A stretch of 64,000 nucleotides of DNA, taken from positions 90,984 to 154,983 of the forward strand of contig CAKOJR010000001.1 in assembly GCA_934090735.1 (NCBI GenBank), in the 5' to 3' direction. Both the position numbers and the translations under genes were made by a program. Below, piece by piece: positions 9,754-18,870 of this stretch. This DNA is from an uncultured Bacilli bacterium (GTDB lineage: Bacteria > Bacillota_I > Bacilli_A > RF39 > UBA660). Every line of letters begins with the position of its first letter. Within the stretch, counting starts at the first letter, position 1. A model generated the notes under the pieces. That model saw only the letters and a program-made list of their open reading frames with translations, was not told the origin of the DNA and ran no database searches.

Positions 9754-9813
9754 TCATATTAGATATTGCTATTTTAGATGATTATGTTAAACTTATGGTA
9801 GAGGAGGAAATGT

Positions 9814-10476
9814 ATGAAGAATTGTAGAAATATTATATTAGGTATTATCTTGATAGTTGTTGGTGTATGGTTTGGTTTATATTCTACTGGAGTGGTTAAA
9901 GTTAACCTATTATTTGATGGTTGGTGGACACTATTTATCATTATTCCAAGTTTTTTAGGCTTATTTGATGATAATAATAGAACTGGTTCATTAATAGGTT
10001 TAATTATAGGTGTATTACTTTTATTATCTTGCCAAGACTTATTAGATTTTGATTTAGTATTAAAGTTAATTGTACCTGCTATTTTAGTTATTACGGGAAT
10101 ATCATTTATTTTTAAATGTAAGATTAAAAATAAGAATATGGAAAATGTTAAAGCTGTTAGTGGTAATAATTATAGTGCTACTTTTAGTGGACAAAATTTA
10201 GATTTTTCTAAAGAAGAATTTACTGGGACTAAACTTGATGCAGTGTTTGGTGGTATTAAGTGTGATTTAAGAAATGCAATTATTAATGATGATGTTGTAA
10301 TTGAAGCTAGTGCTATCTTTGGTGGAATAACGATATTAGTACCTAAGGACGTTAATGTTAAAGTTACTTCAACAAGTATTTTCGGTGGAGTAGATGGAAA
10401 AAGTAAAATGGATAAACCTGGTAAAATTATTTATGTAAATGCGACATGCTTATTTGGCGGAGTTGAAATAAAATGA
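9814..10476 (+). CDS. LiaF-like cell-envelope stress membrane protein (DUF2154-type C-terminal domain)
   Basis: Four N-terminal TM segments, then repeated FGG(I/V) beta-strand motifs: AVFGGIKCDL, SAIFGGITILVP, SIFGGVDG, CLFGGVEIK. Confidence 0.65.
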   Translation: MKNCRNIILGIILIVVGVWFGLYSTGVVKVNLLFDGWWTLFIIIPSFLGLFDDNNRTGSLIGLIIGVLLLLSCQDLLDFDLVLKLIVPAILVITGISFIFKCKIKNKNMENVKAVSGNNYSATFSGQNLDFSKEEFTGTKLDAVFGGIKCDLRNAIINDDVVIEASAIFGGITILVPKDVNVKVTSTSIFGGVDGKSKMDKPGKIIYVNATCLFGGVEIK

Positions 10477-11258
10477 GTAGGGGTCAGACAATAATCAAAT
10501 ATGCAGCGATTGCTTTTGCAGTTTATTTAATTTGTGAAATATTTTTAACTTTAGTAAGTATTGTTGGTATTGTTGGTGAAGGATTTAAGTCTGAAAACAA
10601 GAAAATAGAGATGCCAAAGAGTGGTGCTTATTTAGTTATTGATTTAGCAACTAGTAGTTTAACTATTAAAGAAGGTGATACTTTTGATTATATTGTAGAT
10701 AATAAAGAGATCACTGCTAATAAAGATAATAATAAGATCGTTATTAAAGAAAAAGGACACATTAGAAATAAGAAGAGTGAAGTAGTAGTTACAATTCCTA
10801 GAGATATGGTTTTAAATGATGTGATTATTGAAGCTGGTGCTGGTAAAATAAATATTGAAAGTATAAAGGCCGAGAATTTTATTTTAGATATAGGAGCTGG
10901 TAGTGTTCAAATTAATAATTTAATTGTAACTAAAAACTGTGATATTGATGGTGGAGCGGGTAATGTAGTTATTAATAATAGTAGTATCTTTAATTTAGAT
11001 ATGGATTTAGGTATTGGTAAAACAACTATAACTAGTTCTTTAAATGGTGAAAATGAGATTGATACAGGTATTGGAAAATTAGAACTAAATTTGATTGGTT
11101 CTATAAATGATTATAACCTTGATATATCTAAGGGAGTTGGTTCAATAACTTTAGATGGTAAGTCTTTAAAAGATGAAGAGCAAATTGGAAATGGTTCATC
11201 TTTAGTTAAAATTGATGGTGGTATTGGTGCGATAGAAATTAAAATGAAAGAGGAATAG
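10473..11258 (+). CDS. DUF4097 / LiaG-like putative adhesin-fold protein
   Basis: N-terminal TM, then repeated GAG/GIG beta-helix-like motifs: EAGAGKINIE, DIGAGSVQIN, DGGAGNVVIN, LGIGKTTI, GGIGAIEIK. Overlaps the upstream stop (ATGA). Confidence 0.6.
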   Translation: MSRGQTIIKYAAIAFAVYLICEIFLTLVSIVGIVGEGFKSENKKIEMPKSGAYLVIDLATSSLTIKEGDTFDYIVDNKEITANKDNNKIVIKEKGHIRNKKSEVVVTIPRDMVLNDVIIEAGAGKINIESIKAENFILDIGAGSVQINNLIVTKNCDIDGGAGNVVINNSSIFNLDMDLGIGKTTITSSLNGENEIDTGIGKLELNLIGSINDYNLDISKGVGSITLDGKSLKDEEQIGNGSSLVKIDGGIGAIEIKMKEE

Positions 11259-11260
11259 AA

Positions 11261-11746
11261 ATGAAGAAAAAAGTATTATATTTATTAATATTAATTATGG
11301 TAGCAGTTACTGGTTGTGCTTTATTAGAACCAGAAGAGAAAACATTTAAAGATAAGGGAATGTCTATTACGTTAACAGATGAATTTACAGAAAAAGATTT
11401 AGTATCTACAACTGTATATTTTGAAAGTATGGATGCTATTGTTACTGGTTTAAAGGAAGAGTTTAGTACATTAGAAGCTGCAGGTTTAGGTAAAGATAGT
11501 ACCGCTCTAGATTATGCTAAAGCAGTAACTACTAATAATCAAAAAGATAGTGAAATTAAAACTGAGGATGGTTTAACATATTTTACATATACAAGTGATG
11601 TTAATGGTAAAACATATTTCTATATTGCTACTGTTTATAAAAGTAATGATGCCTTCTGGTTATTTAATTTTGCTTGTGATAATAGTGATAAAGAAAAATT
11701 TGAAAGTACATTTAAGACTTGGGCTAAATCAGTGTCATTTGAGTAA
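11261..11746 (+). CDS. Lipoprotein, function unknown
   Basis: Lipobox LILIMVAVTGC at the N-terminus. Confidence 0.65.
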   Translation: MKKKVLYLLILIMVAVTGCALLEPEEKTFKDKGMSITLTDEFTEKDLVSTTVYFESMDAIVTGLKEEFSTLEAAGLGKDSTALDYAKAVTTNNQKDSEIKTEDGLTYFTYTSDVNGKTYFYIATVYKSNDAFWLFNFACDNSDKEKFESTFKTWAKSVSFE

Positions 11747-11806
11747 GAACAGAAATTGTTCTTCTTTTTTGTTTATGATATAATACCGTAGAAAGAAGGA
11801 AGTAAT

Positions 11807-12250
11807 ATGGGAAAGAAAAGTAATAAAGAGTTAACTAAAGAAATAAAAGAAAAAGGTGGGAAAACTTTTAAGGAATTTAAAGAGTTTATTTCTAAAGGAA
11901 ATGTTATTGATTTAGCAGTAGGTGTTATTATTGGTGGTGCATTTAGTAAAATTGTTTCATCACTTGTTAATGATATTATAATGCCATTAATTGGAATTGT
12001 TATTGGTGGTATTGATTTTACTAATTTGTCTTTTAAGATAAAGGATGCTACTGTTAGTTATGGAGTGTTTATTCAAAATATCTTAGATTTTTTAATTGTA
12101 GCTGCATGTATTTTTACTTTTGTTAAGTTAATAAATAAATTGAATCGTAAAAAGGAAGAACCTAAAGAGGGAGTAAAGGAGGAACCTAAGAAAAGTGATG
12201 AGGTTTTATTGCTGGAAGAGATTAGGGATTTATTGAAGAATGAAAAATAG
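11807..12250 (+). CDS. mscL: Large-conductance mechanosensitive channel MscL
   Basis: [40 protein letters not shown] is the canonical MscL N-terminal/TM1 signature. Confidence 0.9.
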   Translation: MGKKSNKELTKEIKEKGGKTFKEFKEFISKGNVIDLAVGVIIGGAFSKIVSSLVNDIIMPLIGIVIGGIDFTNLSFKIKDATVSYGVFIQNILDFLIVAACIFTFVKLINKLNRKKEEPKEGVKEEPKKSDEVLLLEEIRDLLKNEK

Positions 12251-12944
12251 TGTTAAGAGTTTATTTAGTGCTTTATTTGGCGCAATATTATTTAGTATTC
12301 CATCTATTATTATATATCAGTTTGGTTATCTTTCTAGTGGATTTTTTATGCTTATCGCTTATGGAGCAGTGCTATTTTATAAGAAGTCTGGAGAAGATGT
12401 CTTAAATAGAAAGTATATTATTTGGCTTATTACTTTAGCTGTAACAACAATAATTTGTTTAGGATTATTTCCATATTTAATTAGTGTTACAGAAGATATA
12501 AAATTAAAAGCTTTATTTAATAGTTCTAGTTTTATGGCTGGGTTAACACATGATTATATTTATTCATTAATTTTTGCGATTGTGGGAGTTTGGGCAACTA
12601 TTAGTACAGAAAAAAAGAAAGTACCTGTTAATGAAGATGAAAGTTTACAGAAAGTAATTGATATTTATCATAAATATAATGCTTTATCTAAAGAAAATAG
12701 TGTCAGTGAAATTAAGATTTTTAAAGAGCTTGATATACCAAATAAGTTTGCTTATTTTACAAAACTTGAGAAGATGGGAATTATAGTTAGCCCTTATATT
12801 AAATCTTATTTAGATGAGGATGCTATTAAAGATAAGAAGAAAGCAAGAAAGAATATTGCTAAAAACTTATTAGCAGCAGTGATTAATACATTTATTTTTC
12901 TTATAATATTTGTTTTTATTTTAGTAATTGTTTTTGCTGAATAA
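12240..12944 (+). CDS. Hypothetical membrane protein
   Basis: Several TM segments, a soluble insert, and a C-terminal TM. No motif recognised. Confidence 0.5.
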   Translation: MKNSVKSLFSALFGAILFSIPSIIIYQFGYLSSGFFMLIAYGAVLFYKKSGEDVLNRKYIIWLITLAVTTIICLGLFPYLISVTEDIKLKALFNSSSFMAGLTHDYIYSLIFAIVGVWATISTEKKKVPVNEDESLQKVIDIYHKYNALSKENSVSEIKIFKELDIPNKFAYFTKLEKMGIIVSPYIKSYLDEDAIKDKKKARKNIAKNLLAAVINTFIFLIIFVFILVIVFAE

Positions 12945-13011
12945 TTAAACTACAAAATAATGTAGTTTACTTTTTTTTTCGTTATGGATATGCTAAAATA
13001 TAGTCTAGAGG

Positions 13012-13599
13012 ATGGTAAGAGATATGTTAGATACATTGTTATACCGAATATGTGCTCCGATAGTTGGAGTGTATATTAAATTAATTTATAAACCAGAAAT
13101 TATTAATAAAGAAAGTATTCCTAAAGAAGGTAAAATAATTATTGCAGGTACGCATACAAATATGAAAGATTGTTGCTTGCTTGCCGGTTGTTGTACTAGA
13201 AGGGATATTAGATTTGTTGCTAAAAGGGAATTATTGAAACCACCTATAGGTTTCTTGTTTAAAATGTCGGGGATTATACCTGTTGATAGGAAGATTCATG
13301 ATGCTACTGTTATGCCAGCTGTAAATAAAGTATTAAGTGAAGGCGGAGTAGTTGGTATATTTCCGGAAGGTACTATTAATAGAACTGATGATATAATTAT
13401 GCCTTTTAAAAAGGGAGCTGTTAGAATGTCTTTAGAAAATGATTGTAAGATTTTGCCGTTTGCAATTAATGGGAAATATAAAAGGGGTAAGTTAAAAGTA
13501 AAGTTTGGGGAGCCTTATTTTCCAGAAACTGATGATGTAGCTAAAGAAACAAAGCTTCTTGAAGAAAAAGTTATTAAATTAATAAAGGAATGTGAATAA
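13012..13599 (+). CDS. 1-acyl-sn-glycerol-3-phosphate acyltransferase family protein
   Basis: HX4D motif (AGTHTNMKD), FVAKREL, and FPEGTINR (motif III). Confidence 0.8.
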   Translation: MVRDMLDTLLYRICAPIVGVYIKLIYKPEIINKESIPKEGKIIIAGTHTNMKDCCLLAGCCTRRDIRFVAKRELLKPPIGFLFKMSGIIPVDRKIHDATVMPAVNKVLSEGGVVGIFPEGTINRTDDIIMPFKKGAVRMSLENDCKILPFAINGKYKRGKLKVKFGEPYFPETDDVAKETKLLEEKVIKLIKECE

Positions 13600-13600
13600 A

Positions 13601-15358
13601 ATGAATTTTATAAAAAGAATACTTAATACAAAAGAGTTAGAGAAACCTTATTATGATTTGTATGGGGAAATGCCGGTTCATTTAGATTATCCTGATAAGA
13701 TGATGTATGAAATGGTATATGAAACTGTGAAGAAGTATCCTCACCATGGAGCAATTCAGTATTATGGTAAGACTTTATCATATAAGAAGTTTTATGATAA
13801 GATTGAAACTTGTGCAAAAGCTTTAAAAGCTAACGGGATAGAAGAGGGAGAACGCGTTACAATATGTATGCCAAATACTCCAGAAGCTATTATTATGTTT
13901 TATGCCATTAATATGGTTGGGGCAGTAGCGAGTATGATTCACCCATTATCTAGTGAAAATGAGATTGAGTTTTATATGGATGCTGCAAGTAGTAAGTATA
14001 TATTAACAGTAAATATTTTTGCAGAAAAGGTAATTAAAGCAGCAAGCAGAGTTAATGCTAAAAAGATTATTATTGCAGATGTTACTGATGGTATGTTTAA
14101 AGTAATGCAGAAAACAATTAGTGCTTATACATTTGTAACTAACTTTTTTAAAGAGAATAAGACACCTAAGCTAGAGTATAATGATGTCATGGTATCATTT
14201 AAGAGTTTCTTTGATGCAGGTTATGGTTATGATGGAGAATATAAAGTAACTGATAGAGTTTCAAAAGAGGCAGTTATTCTTTATAGTGGGGGAACCACTG
14301 GTAAGCCTAAGGGTGTTGTATTATCAAATAGAAACTTTAATGCTGAGGGAATGCAGGCATTTAAGATGACTGGAGCTCAAGAAGGTGAAGCAGTTTTAAC
14401 TATAATGCCAATATTTCATGGCTTTGGATTAGGAGTAAGTGTTCATACAGAGCTTATTTCAGGTATGAAATGTATTTTAATTCCAGCATTTAAAGTAAAT
14501 GAGTTTGCTAGATTAATTAAGTTATATAGACCAGCATTTTTAATTGGTGTACCAACTATGTATGAGGGACTAATAAATAATCAAGATAATTCTAAATATT
14601 TAAAGTGTGTTACTAATTGTATTTGTGGTGGTGATACATTAAAACCAGAACTTAGAACGAGAGTAAATGAATATTTACAGGCACATGGATCAAATGCACA
14701 GATAAGAGTTGGTTATGGATTAACTGAGTCAGTAGCTGCAACGATTTTGACTCCAAAGCATTATTTTAAAGAAGGAGCTTTAGGTTTACCATTTCCTGAT
14801 ATGCAGATAAAAATAATAAAACCAGGAACTACTAAAGAAGTTAGAACAGGCAAAGAAGGAGAAATTTGTATTTGTGGACCTACTGTAATGCTTGGTTACT
14901 TAAATGAACCTGAAGAGACTGCAAATACTTTAAAAGTGCATCCTGATGGAAATACTTATTTGCATACTGGCGATGTTGGTTACAAAGATGAAGAAGGGTT
15001 AATTTTCTTTACATCAAGATTAAAGAGAATGATTATTTCTAGTGGATATAATATTTATCCATCATTTGTTGAAAAGATAGTTGATTCACATCCAGCAGTT
15101 TTATCTTGTGTTGTTGTTGGTATTCCTCATCCATATAAAAAACAGGTGCCTGTTGCTTGCATAGTTTTAAGGAATAATTTTACACCTAGTGAAGAGTTAA
15201 CTAATGATATTAAAGAATATTGTGCTAAATCTATTGCAAAGTATTCTTTGCCTTATAGATATGAATATATTAAAAGTGTACCAAAAACTTTAATTGGTAA
15301 GGTTAATTATCGTAAGCTTGAAGAAGAGTGTACGAAGAAGTATAGTAAGGTGAAATAA
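13601..15358 (+). CDS. AMP-dependent acyl-CoA/acyl-ACP synthetase (long-chain fatty acid ligase family)
   Basis: LYSGGTTGKPKGV (AMP-binding P-loop), YGLTES, HTGDVGYKDEEG. The ORF-track start is GTG 13592; ATG 13601 is an alternative. Confidence 0.85.
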   Translation: MNFIKRILNTKELEKPYYDLYGEMPVHLDYPDKMMYEMVYETVKKYPHHGAIQYYGKTLSYKKFYDKIETCAKALKANGIEEGERVTICMPNTPEAIIMFYAINMVGAVASMIHPLSSENEIEFYMDAASSKYILTVNIFAEKVIKAASRVNAKKIIIADVTDGMFKVMQKTISAYTFVTNFFKENKTPKLEYNDVMVSFKSFFDAGYGYDGEYKVTDRVSKEAVILYSGGTTGKPKGVVLSNRNFNAEGMQAFKMTGAQEGEAVLTIMPIFHGFGLGVSVHTELISGMKCILIPAFKVNEFARLIKLYRPAFLIGVPTMYEGLINNQDNSKYLKCVTNCICGGDTLKPELRTRVNEYLQAHGSNAQIRVGYGLTESVAATILTPKHYFKEGALGLPFPDMQIKIIKPGTTKEVRTGKEGEICICGPTVMLGYLNEPEETANTLKVHPDGNTYLHTGDVGYKDEEGLIFFTSRLKRMIISSGYNIYPSFVEKIVDSHPAVLSCVVVGIPHPYKKQVPVACIVLRNNFTPSEELTNDIKEYCAKSIAKYSLPYRYEYIKSVPKTLIGKVNYRKLEEECTKKYSKVK

Positions 15359-15359
15359 T

Positions 15360-16202
15360 ATGGAAAAAGAACAGCATATTCATGGTTTTAGAATATTTAA
15401 AGGAGTTTTGGGGGCTATTTTTACAGTGCTTTTAAGACCAACTTATAAAAATAAAGAAGTAATTCCGGAAGATGGGCCAATTATTGTTTGTGGAAATCAT
15501 ATTCATATTTTAGATCAATGTTTACCTATTTTATCAACAAAAAGAATGCTTCATTATATGGCTAAGAAGGAGTATTTTGATGGGCCTTTTGCTTGGTTTT
15601 TTAAGGCTTCTGGGTGCATTTCGGTAGATAGAGAGCATCATGGTGGAAATTCTAAGGAAATTGCAGTTAGTGTTTTAAATAAAGGCTGGGCTTTAGGTAT
15701 TTATCCAGAGGGGACAAGAAATAGTTTAGCATGCAAGGATGAAAAGCTTCTTGAGAGTTATGAATTTGTAAAGGATAAATTAGAATTTAAGAAATATAAA
15801 AAGTTAATGAAGAAGAATATGACTTTACTTAGCCAATATGAGTTTTTAAAAAAATTACTTAATGATGAAAGAATTACAAAAGAAGAAGCTAAGAGAGCAA
15901 TCTTAGATTTAGATAATTATTTGATTGATTTACTTAATAAAGGTGTTATTACTTATGAAGAGTATAGGGATAATTTATTATTGCCAATTAAGTTTGGTGC
16001 TGTGTCAATTGCTCAGAAGACGGGAAGCACTATAGTACCTTATGCTATAAGTGGTAAGTATCATATTTTTAAGAATAATTTGATGGTTGAATTTGGCGAA
16101 TCTTTTAAAGTTAATGCTGATGATAATCTTGAAGAGGTTAATGAGAGGCTTTCTTCAGAAATTAAAGATTTAATATTAAAAAGTAAGGGATTATTAAAAT
16201 GA
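15360..16202 (+). CDS. Lysophospholipid acyltransferase family protein with a long helical insertion
   Basis: HX4D (CGNHIHILDQ), YPEGTRN. About 90 aa of K/E-rich sequence is inserted before the motif IV region (IKFGAVSIAQKTGSTIVPYAISG). Confidence 0.75.
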   Translation: MEKEQHIHGFRIFKGVLGAIFTVLLRPTYKNKEVIPEDGPIIVCGNHIHILDQCLPILSTKRMLHYMAKKEYFDGPFAWFFKASGCISVDREHHGGNSKEIAVSVLNKGWALGIYPEGTRNSLACKDEKLLESYEFVKDKLEFKKYKKLMKKNMTLLSQYEFLKKLLNDERITKEEAKRAILDLDNYLIDLLNKGVITYEEYRDNLLLPIKFGAVSIAQKTGSTIVPYAISGKYHIFKNNLMVEFGESFKVNADDNLEEVNERLSSEIKDLILKSKGLLK

Positions 16203-17020
16203 TTATAGATGGCAAAAAGATTAAGGAAAAGTGTTTAGAAGAAATAAAGAATAAAGTAAGTGGAAAGAAGATGGCACTAGCGGTAATTCAAGTAGGAAGT
16301 GATGAAGCAAGCACTGTTTATGTTGGCCAGAAGGAAAAAATGTGTGCTCAAATAGGTGCGGGCTTTAATCACTATACATTTGATGAAGATGCTAGCGAAG
16401 AAGAGATAATTAACTTAATTAATAAATTAAATGAAGATGATACAACAGGTATTTTAGTACAACTTCCATTACCTGATAAGTTTAATAAAGATAGAATAAT
16501 TAATACTATTAAAGATACAAAAGATGTTGATGGATTAACTGATAAAAGTGTTATTAAGCTAATTAAGGGAGAGGATACTATAATTCCTTGTACAGCACTT
16601 GGAGTAATGAAGATTTTAGAAGAGATTAATGCAGAAATTGATGGTAAGCATGCGGTTATAATAGGAAGAAGTAATCTTGTTGGAAAGCCACTATATAATT
16701 TGTTGCTTAATAAAAATGCTACTGTAACAATGTGTCATTCTCATACAAAGAACTTAAAGGATATTTGTTTAACAGCTGATATTTTAGTTTGTGCTACTAA
16801 TAAAAAGCATATTGTTACTAGAGATATGATTAAGGATGGAAGTATTTTAATAGATGTTGGTATTATTCGTGAAAATGGTAAACTTTATGGTAATGCTGAT
16901 TATGAAAATATAAAAGATGTTACTTCTTATATAACTCCTGTTCCTGGAGGCGTAGGACCATTAACAATAGCAATGCTTGCTAATAATCTTTTAAAGGCTT
17001 ATGATATGCAAAATAGATAA
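16199..17020 (+). CDS. folD: Bifunctional methylenetetrahydrofolate dehydrogenase/cyclohydrolase
   Basis: IIDGKKI..., VYVGQKEKMC, VQLPLP, GRSNLVGKP, ITPVPGGVGPLT. Confidence 0.9.
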   Translation: MIIDGKKIKEKCLEEIKNKVSGKKMALAVIQVGSDEASTVYVGQKEKMCAQIGAGFNHYTFDEDASEEEIINLINKLNEDDTTGILVQLPLPDKFNKDRIINTIKDTKDVDGLTDKSVIKLIKGEDTIIPCTALGVMKILEEINAEIDGKHAVIIGRSNLVGKPLYNLLLNKNATVTMCHSHTKNLKDICLTADILVCATNKKHIVTRDMIKDGSILIDVGIIRENGKLYGNADYENIKDVTSYITPVPGGVGPLTIAMLANNLLKAYDMQNR

Positions 17021-17079
17021 CAATAGTTGTCTTTTTTTTACTTTATGATATAATAACTTTCCGCTAAGGGGATGGTAAC

Positions 17080-18204
17080 ATGACAAAGTTAAATTTACCT
17101 CATGAAAGAGGTGGATACTTTTCTATTACTAAAGATGTTTATGCAGCTTTAAGAGAAGAGACAGAAGAATTTCTTAAGGGAGAAGAGTTTTTAAATTCTC
17201 ATGATTTTGCTAGAAAAGTAATGCTTACTCATGAAATTAAAGCAAATAATACTTTAGAAGGAATTCGTGATGATATTACTTTAATACAGAGTGTTATAAA
17301 TGATGCATCTATGGTTAAAGATGAAAAGCAAAGAAGACAGATAATTAATTTATATGAAGGATATAAGTATGTACTTAATCATGATGATATAAATGAAGAG
17401 TCACTTAATGAACTTTATAGAATTTTAAGCAGAGGATTATTGTCAGAAAGAGACTTAAATAGAATGGGTAAGTATTATCGTGAAGATGACGTGTATATTT
17501 TATTTAATGGGCGTATTGATGATACGATGGATAAGGGAGTTGATGCTTCTTTAATTGAGGAACTCGTTCATTGCTATCTTAAATTTATAAATGAACCTTT
17601 TAATGAGGAATGTATGACGGATTATTTTATAAAATCTTGTGTGATGCATTTTTATCTAGAGTATATTCATCCATATTTTGATGTAAATAGTAGAACTACT
17701 AGAACTGTTGCTTTATGGTATCTTATGAAGAATGCTTGTTATCCTTTTATAATTTTTAATAGAGGAATAACTTTAGATAAAACCGCTTATGAGAGAATGC
17801 TTGTTGATACTAAAAGATCAAAAGATATGAGTTATTTTATAAGGTATATGTTAGCTAGAACTAAAAGAGAACTTGAAAAAGAATATTTGATTCATCAAAT
17901 ATCTGATAACTCTCCTAAATTAAGTGTACTTGATTATCAAACACTTTCTTATTTTTTAGAAATGAGAGGAGAAGCTAATGTTTTATCCTTTACTTCTTTA
18001 TTTAATTATTATAATACGCATAAAAGACCAAAGGAGTTATATGAAACTATGCTTGATCCACTTATTCAAAAAGGGGTGCTTGTTGTAGAAAGAACTACTA
18101 GCAAATCAATGTTTGATGGGAAACCAAATGAGGTCATATGTATAAATAAAGAAAGATATACACCTGATGAGCCAAAAATTAAGCGACTTTACACTGGAAA
18201 ATAA
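17080..18204 (+). CDS. Fic family protein with a non-canonical active-site loop
   Basis: HPYFDVNSRTTR at nt 17668-17703, compared with canonical HPFx(D/E)GNGRxxR. N-terminal NNTLEGI resembles the inhibitory-helix region. Confidence 0.7.
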   Translation: MTKLNLPHERGGYFSITKDVYAALREETEEFLKGEEFLNSHDFARKVMLTHEIKANNTLEGIRDDITLIQSVINDASMVKDEKQRRQIINLYEGYKYVLNHDDINEESLNELYRILSRGLLSERDLNRMGKYYREDDVYILFNGRIDDTMDKGVDASLIEELVHCYLKFINEPFNEECMTDYFIKSCVMHFYLEYIHPYFDVNSRTTRTVALWYLMKNACYPFIIFNRGITLDKTAYERMLVDTKRSKDMSYFIRYMLARTKRELEKEYLIHQISDNSPKLSVLDYQTLSYFLEMRGEANVLSFTSLFNYYNTHKRPKELYETMLDPLIQKGVLVVERTTSKSMFDGKPNEVICINKERYTPDEPKIKRLYTGK

Positions 18205-18370
18205 TTTCATAAAAATATCTTAAAAAAATCACACATTTTTCACAATTCTATAATATTATTAAATCATGAAAGGAAAAGGTGATAAATAATAAGATAAAAA
18301 ACAATTATTAAATACGTTTAAAAATTTTAATTTGATATAATACTATTTTACATTTCCAAAAAATATAATT

Positions 18371-18395
18371 AGGCTGGCGTAAACGTCGGCCTTTT
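18371..18395 (+). terminator. GC-rich hairpin terminator
   Basis: AGGCTGGCG-TAAA-CGTCGGCCT followed by TTT. The two G:U pairs exist only in the + strand reading. Confidence 0.55.
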
Positions 18396-18440
18396 AAAAA
18401 ATCTTTAATTATTTAAAATGTTATGATATAATTTGGATAT

Positions 18441-18514
18441 GCTGATTTAGTTTAGTGGTAGAACAGAAGCATGGTAAGCTTCAGAGGACTGTTCAATTCA
18501 GTCATTCAGCACCA
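18441..18514 (+). tRNA. tRNA-Thr (anticodon GGU)
   Basis: Cloverleaf folded by hand. Acceptor GCTGATT/ATTCAGC (one mismatch), anticodon stem GAAGC/GCTTC with loop ATGGTAA, T arm GACTG-TTCAATT-CAGTC, encoded CCA. TGATATAAT extended -10 just upstream. Confidence 0.85.
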
Positions 18515-18586
18515 GAAATAGATTATTTGGACCATTAGGTTCTTTTTTTATTGAATAAAAGTTATTCCAGTATACCAGAATAACTT

Positions 18587-18814
18587 TTATAGTACCATAA
18601 ACTCACTGATGTCTTTTTTATTTATAACTTCCTTATAACTAGTTACATAATAATTAGAAGTTTCACCAATAATAATTTTTTCTGTTTCAAAATTTTTGAT
18701 TTTTAAATGAGCTTTGTAGGGAAAAGTTGTTTTTTTAATATTTTTGTTTAATGAACTAGTTACGACTTGTTCATCTTCATCAAAGGTATTTTTATATAAT
18801 TTAGGTAAATCCAT
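18587..18814 (-). CDS. Hypothetical small protein
   Basis: 75-aa ORF with AGGAGG immediately upstream of the ATG (the spacing is short). No motif recognised. Confidence 0.4.
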   Translation of the reverse strand: MDLPKLYKNTFDEDEQVVTSSLNKNIKKTTFPYKAHLKIKNFETEKIIIGETSNYYVTSYKEVINKKDISEFMVL

Positions 18815-18870
18815 ATGGCCTCCTAAATAAATATATGTCTAAAATAAATTAATATAGCCAAAATAAAGGT

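Noticed and set aside
11595-11783. 62-aa plus-strand ORF overlapping the end of the lipoprotein gene
   Set aside because: It is an alternate frame of the 161-aa lipoprotein gene running into the spacer. It has an Ile/Leu-rich AT-driven composition and no RBS.
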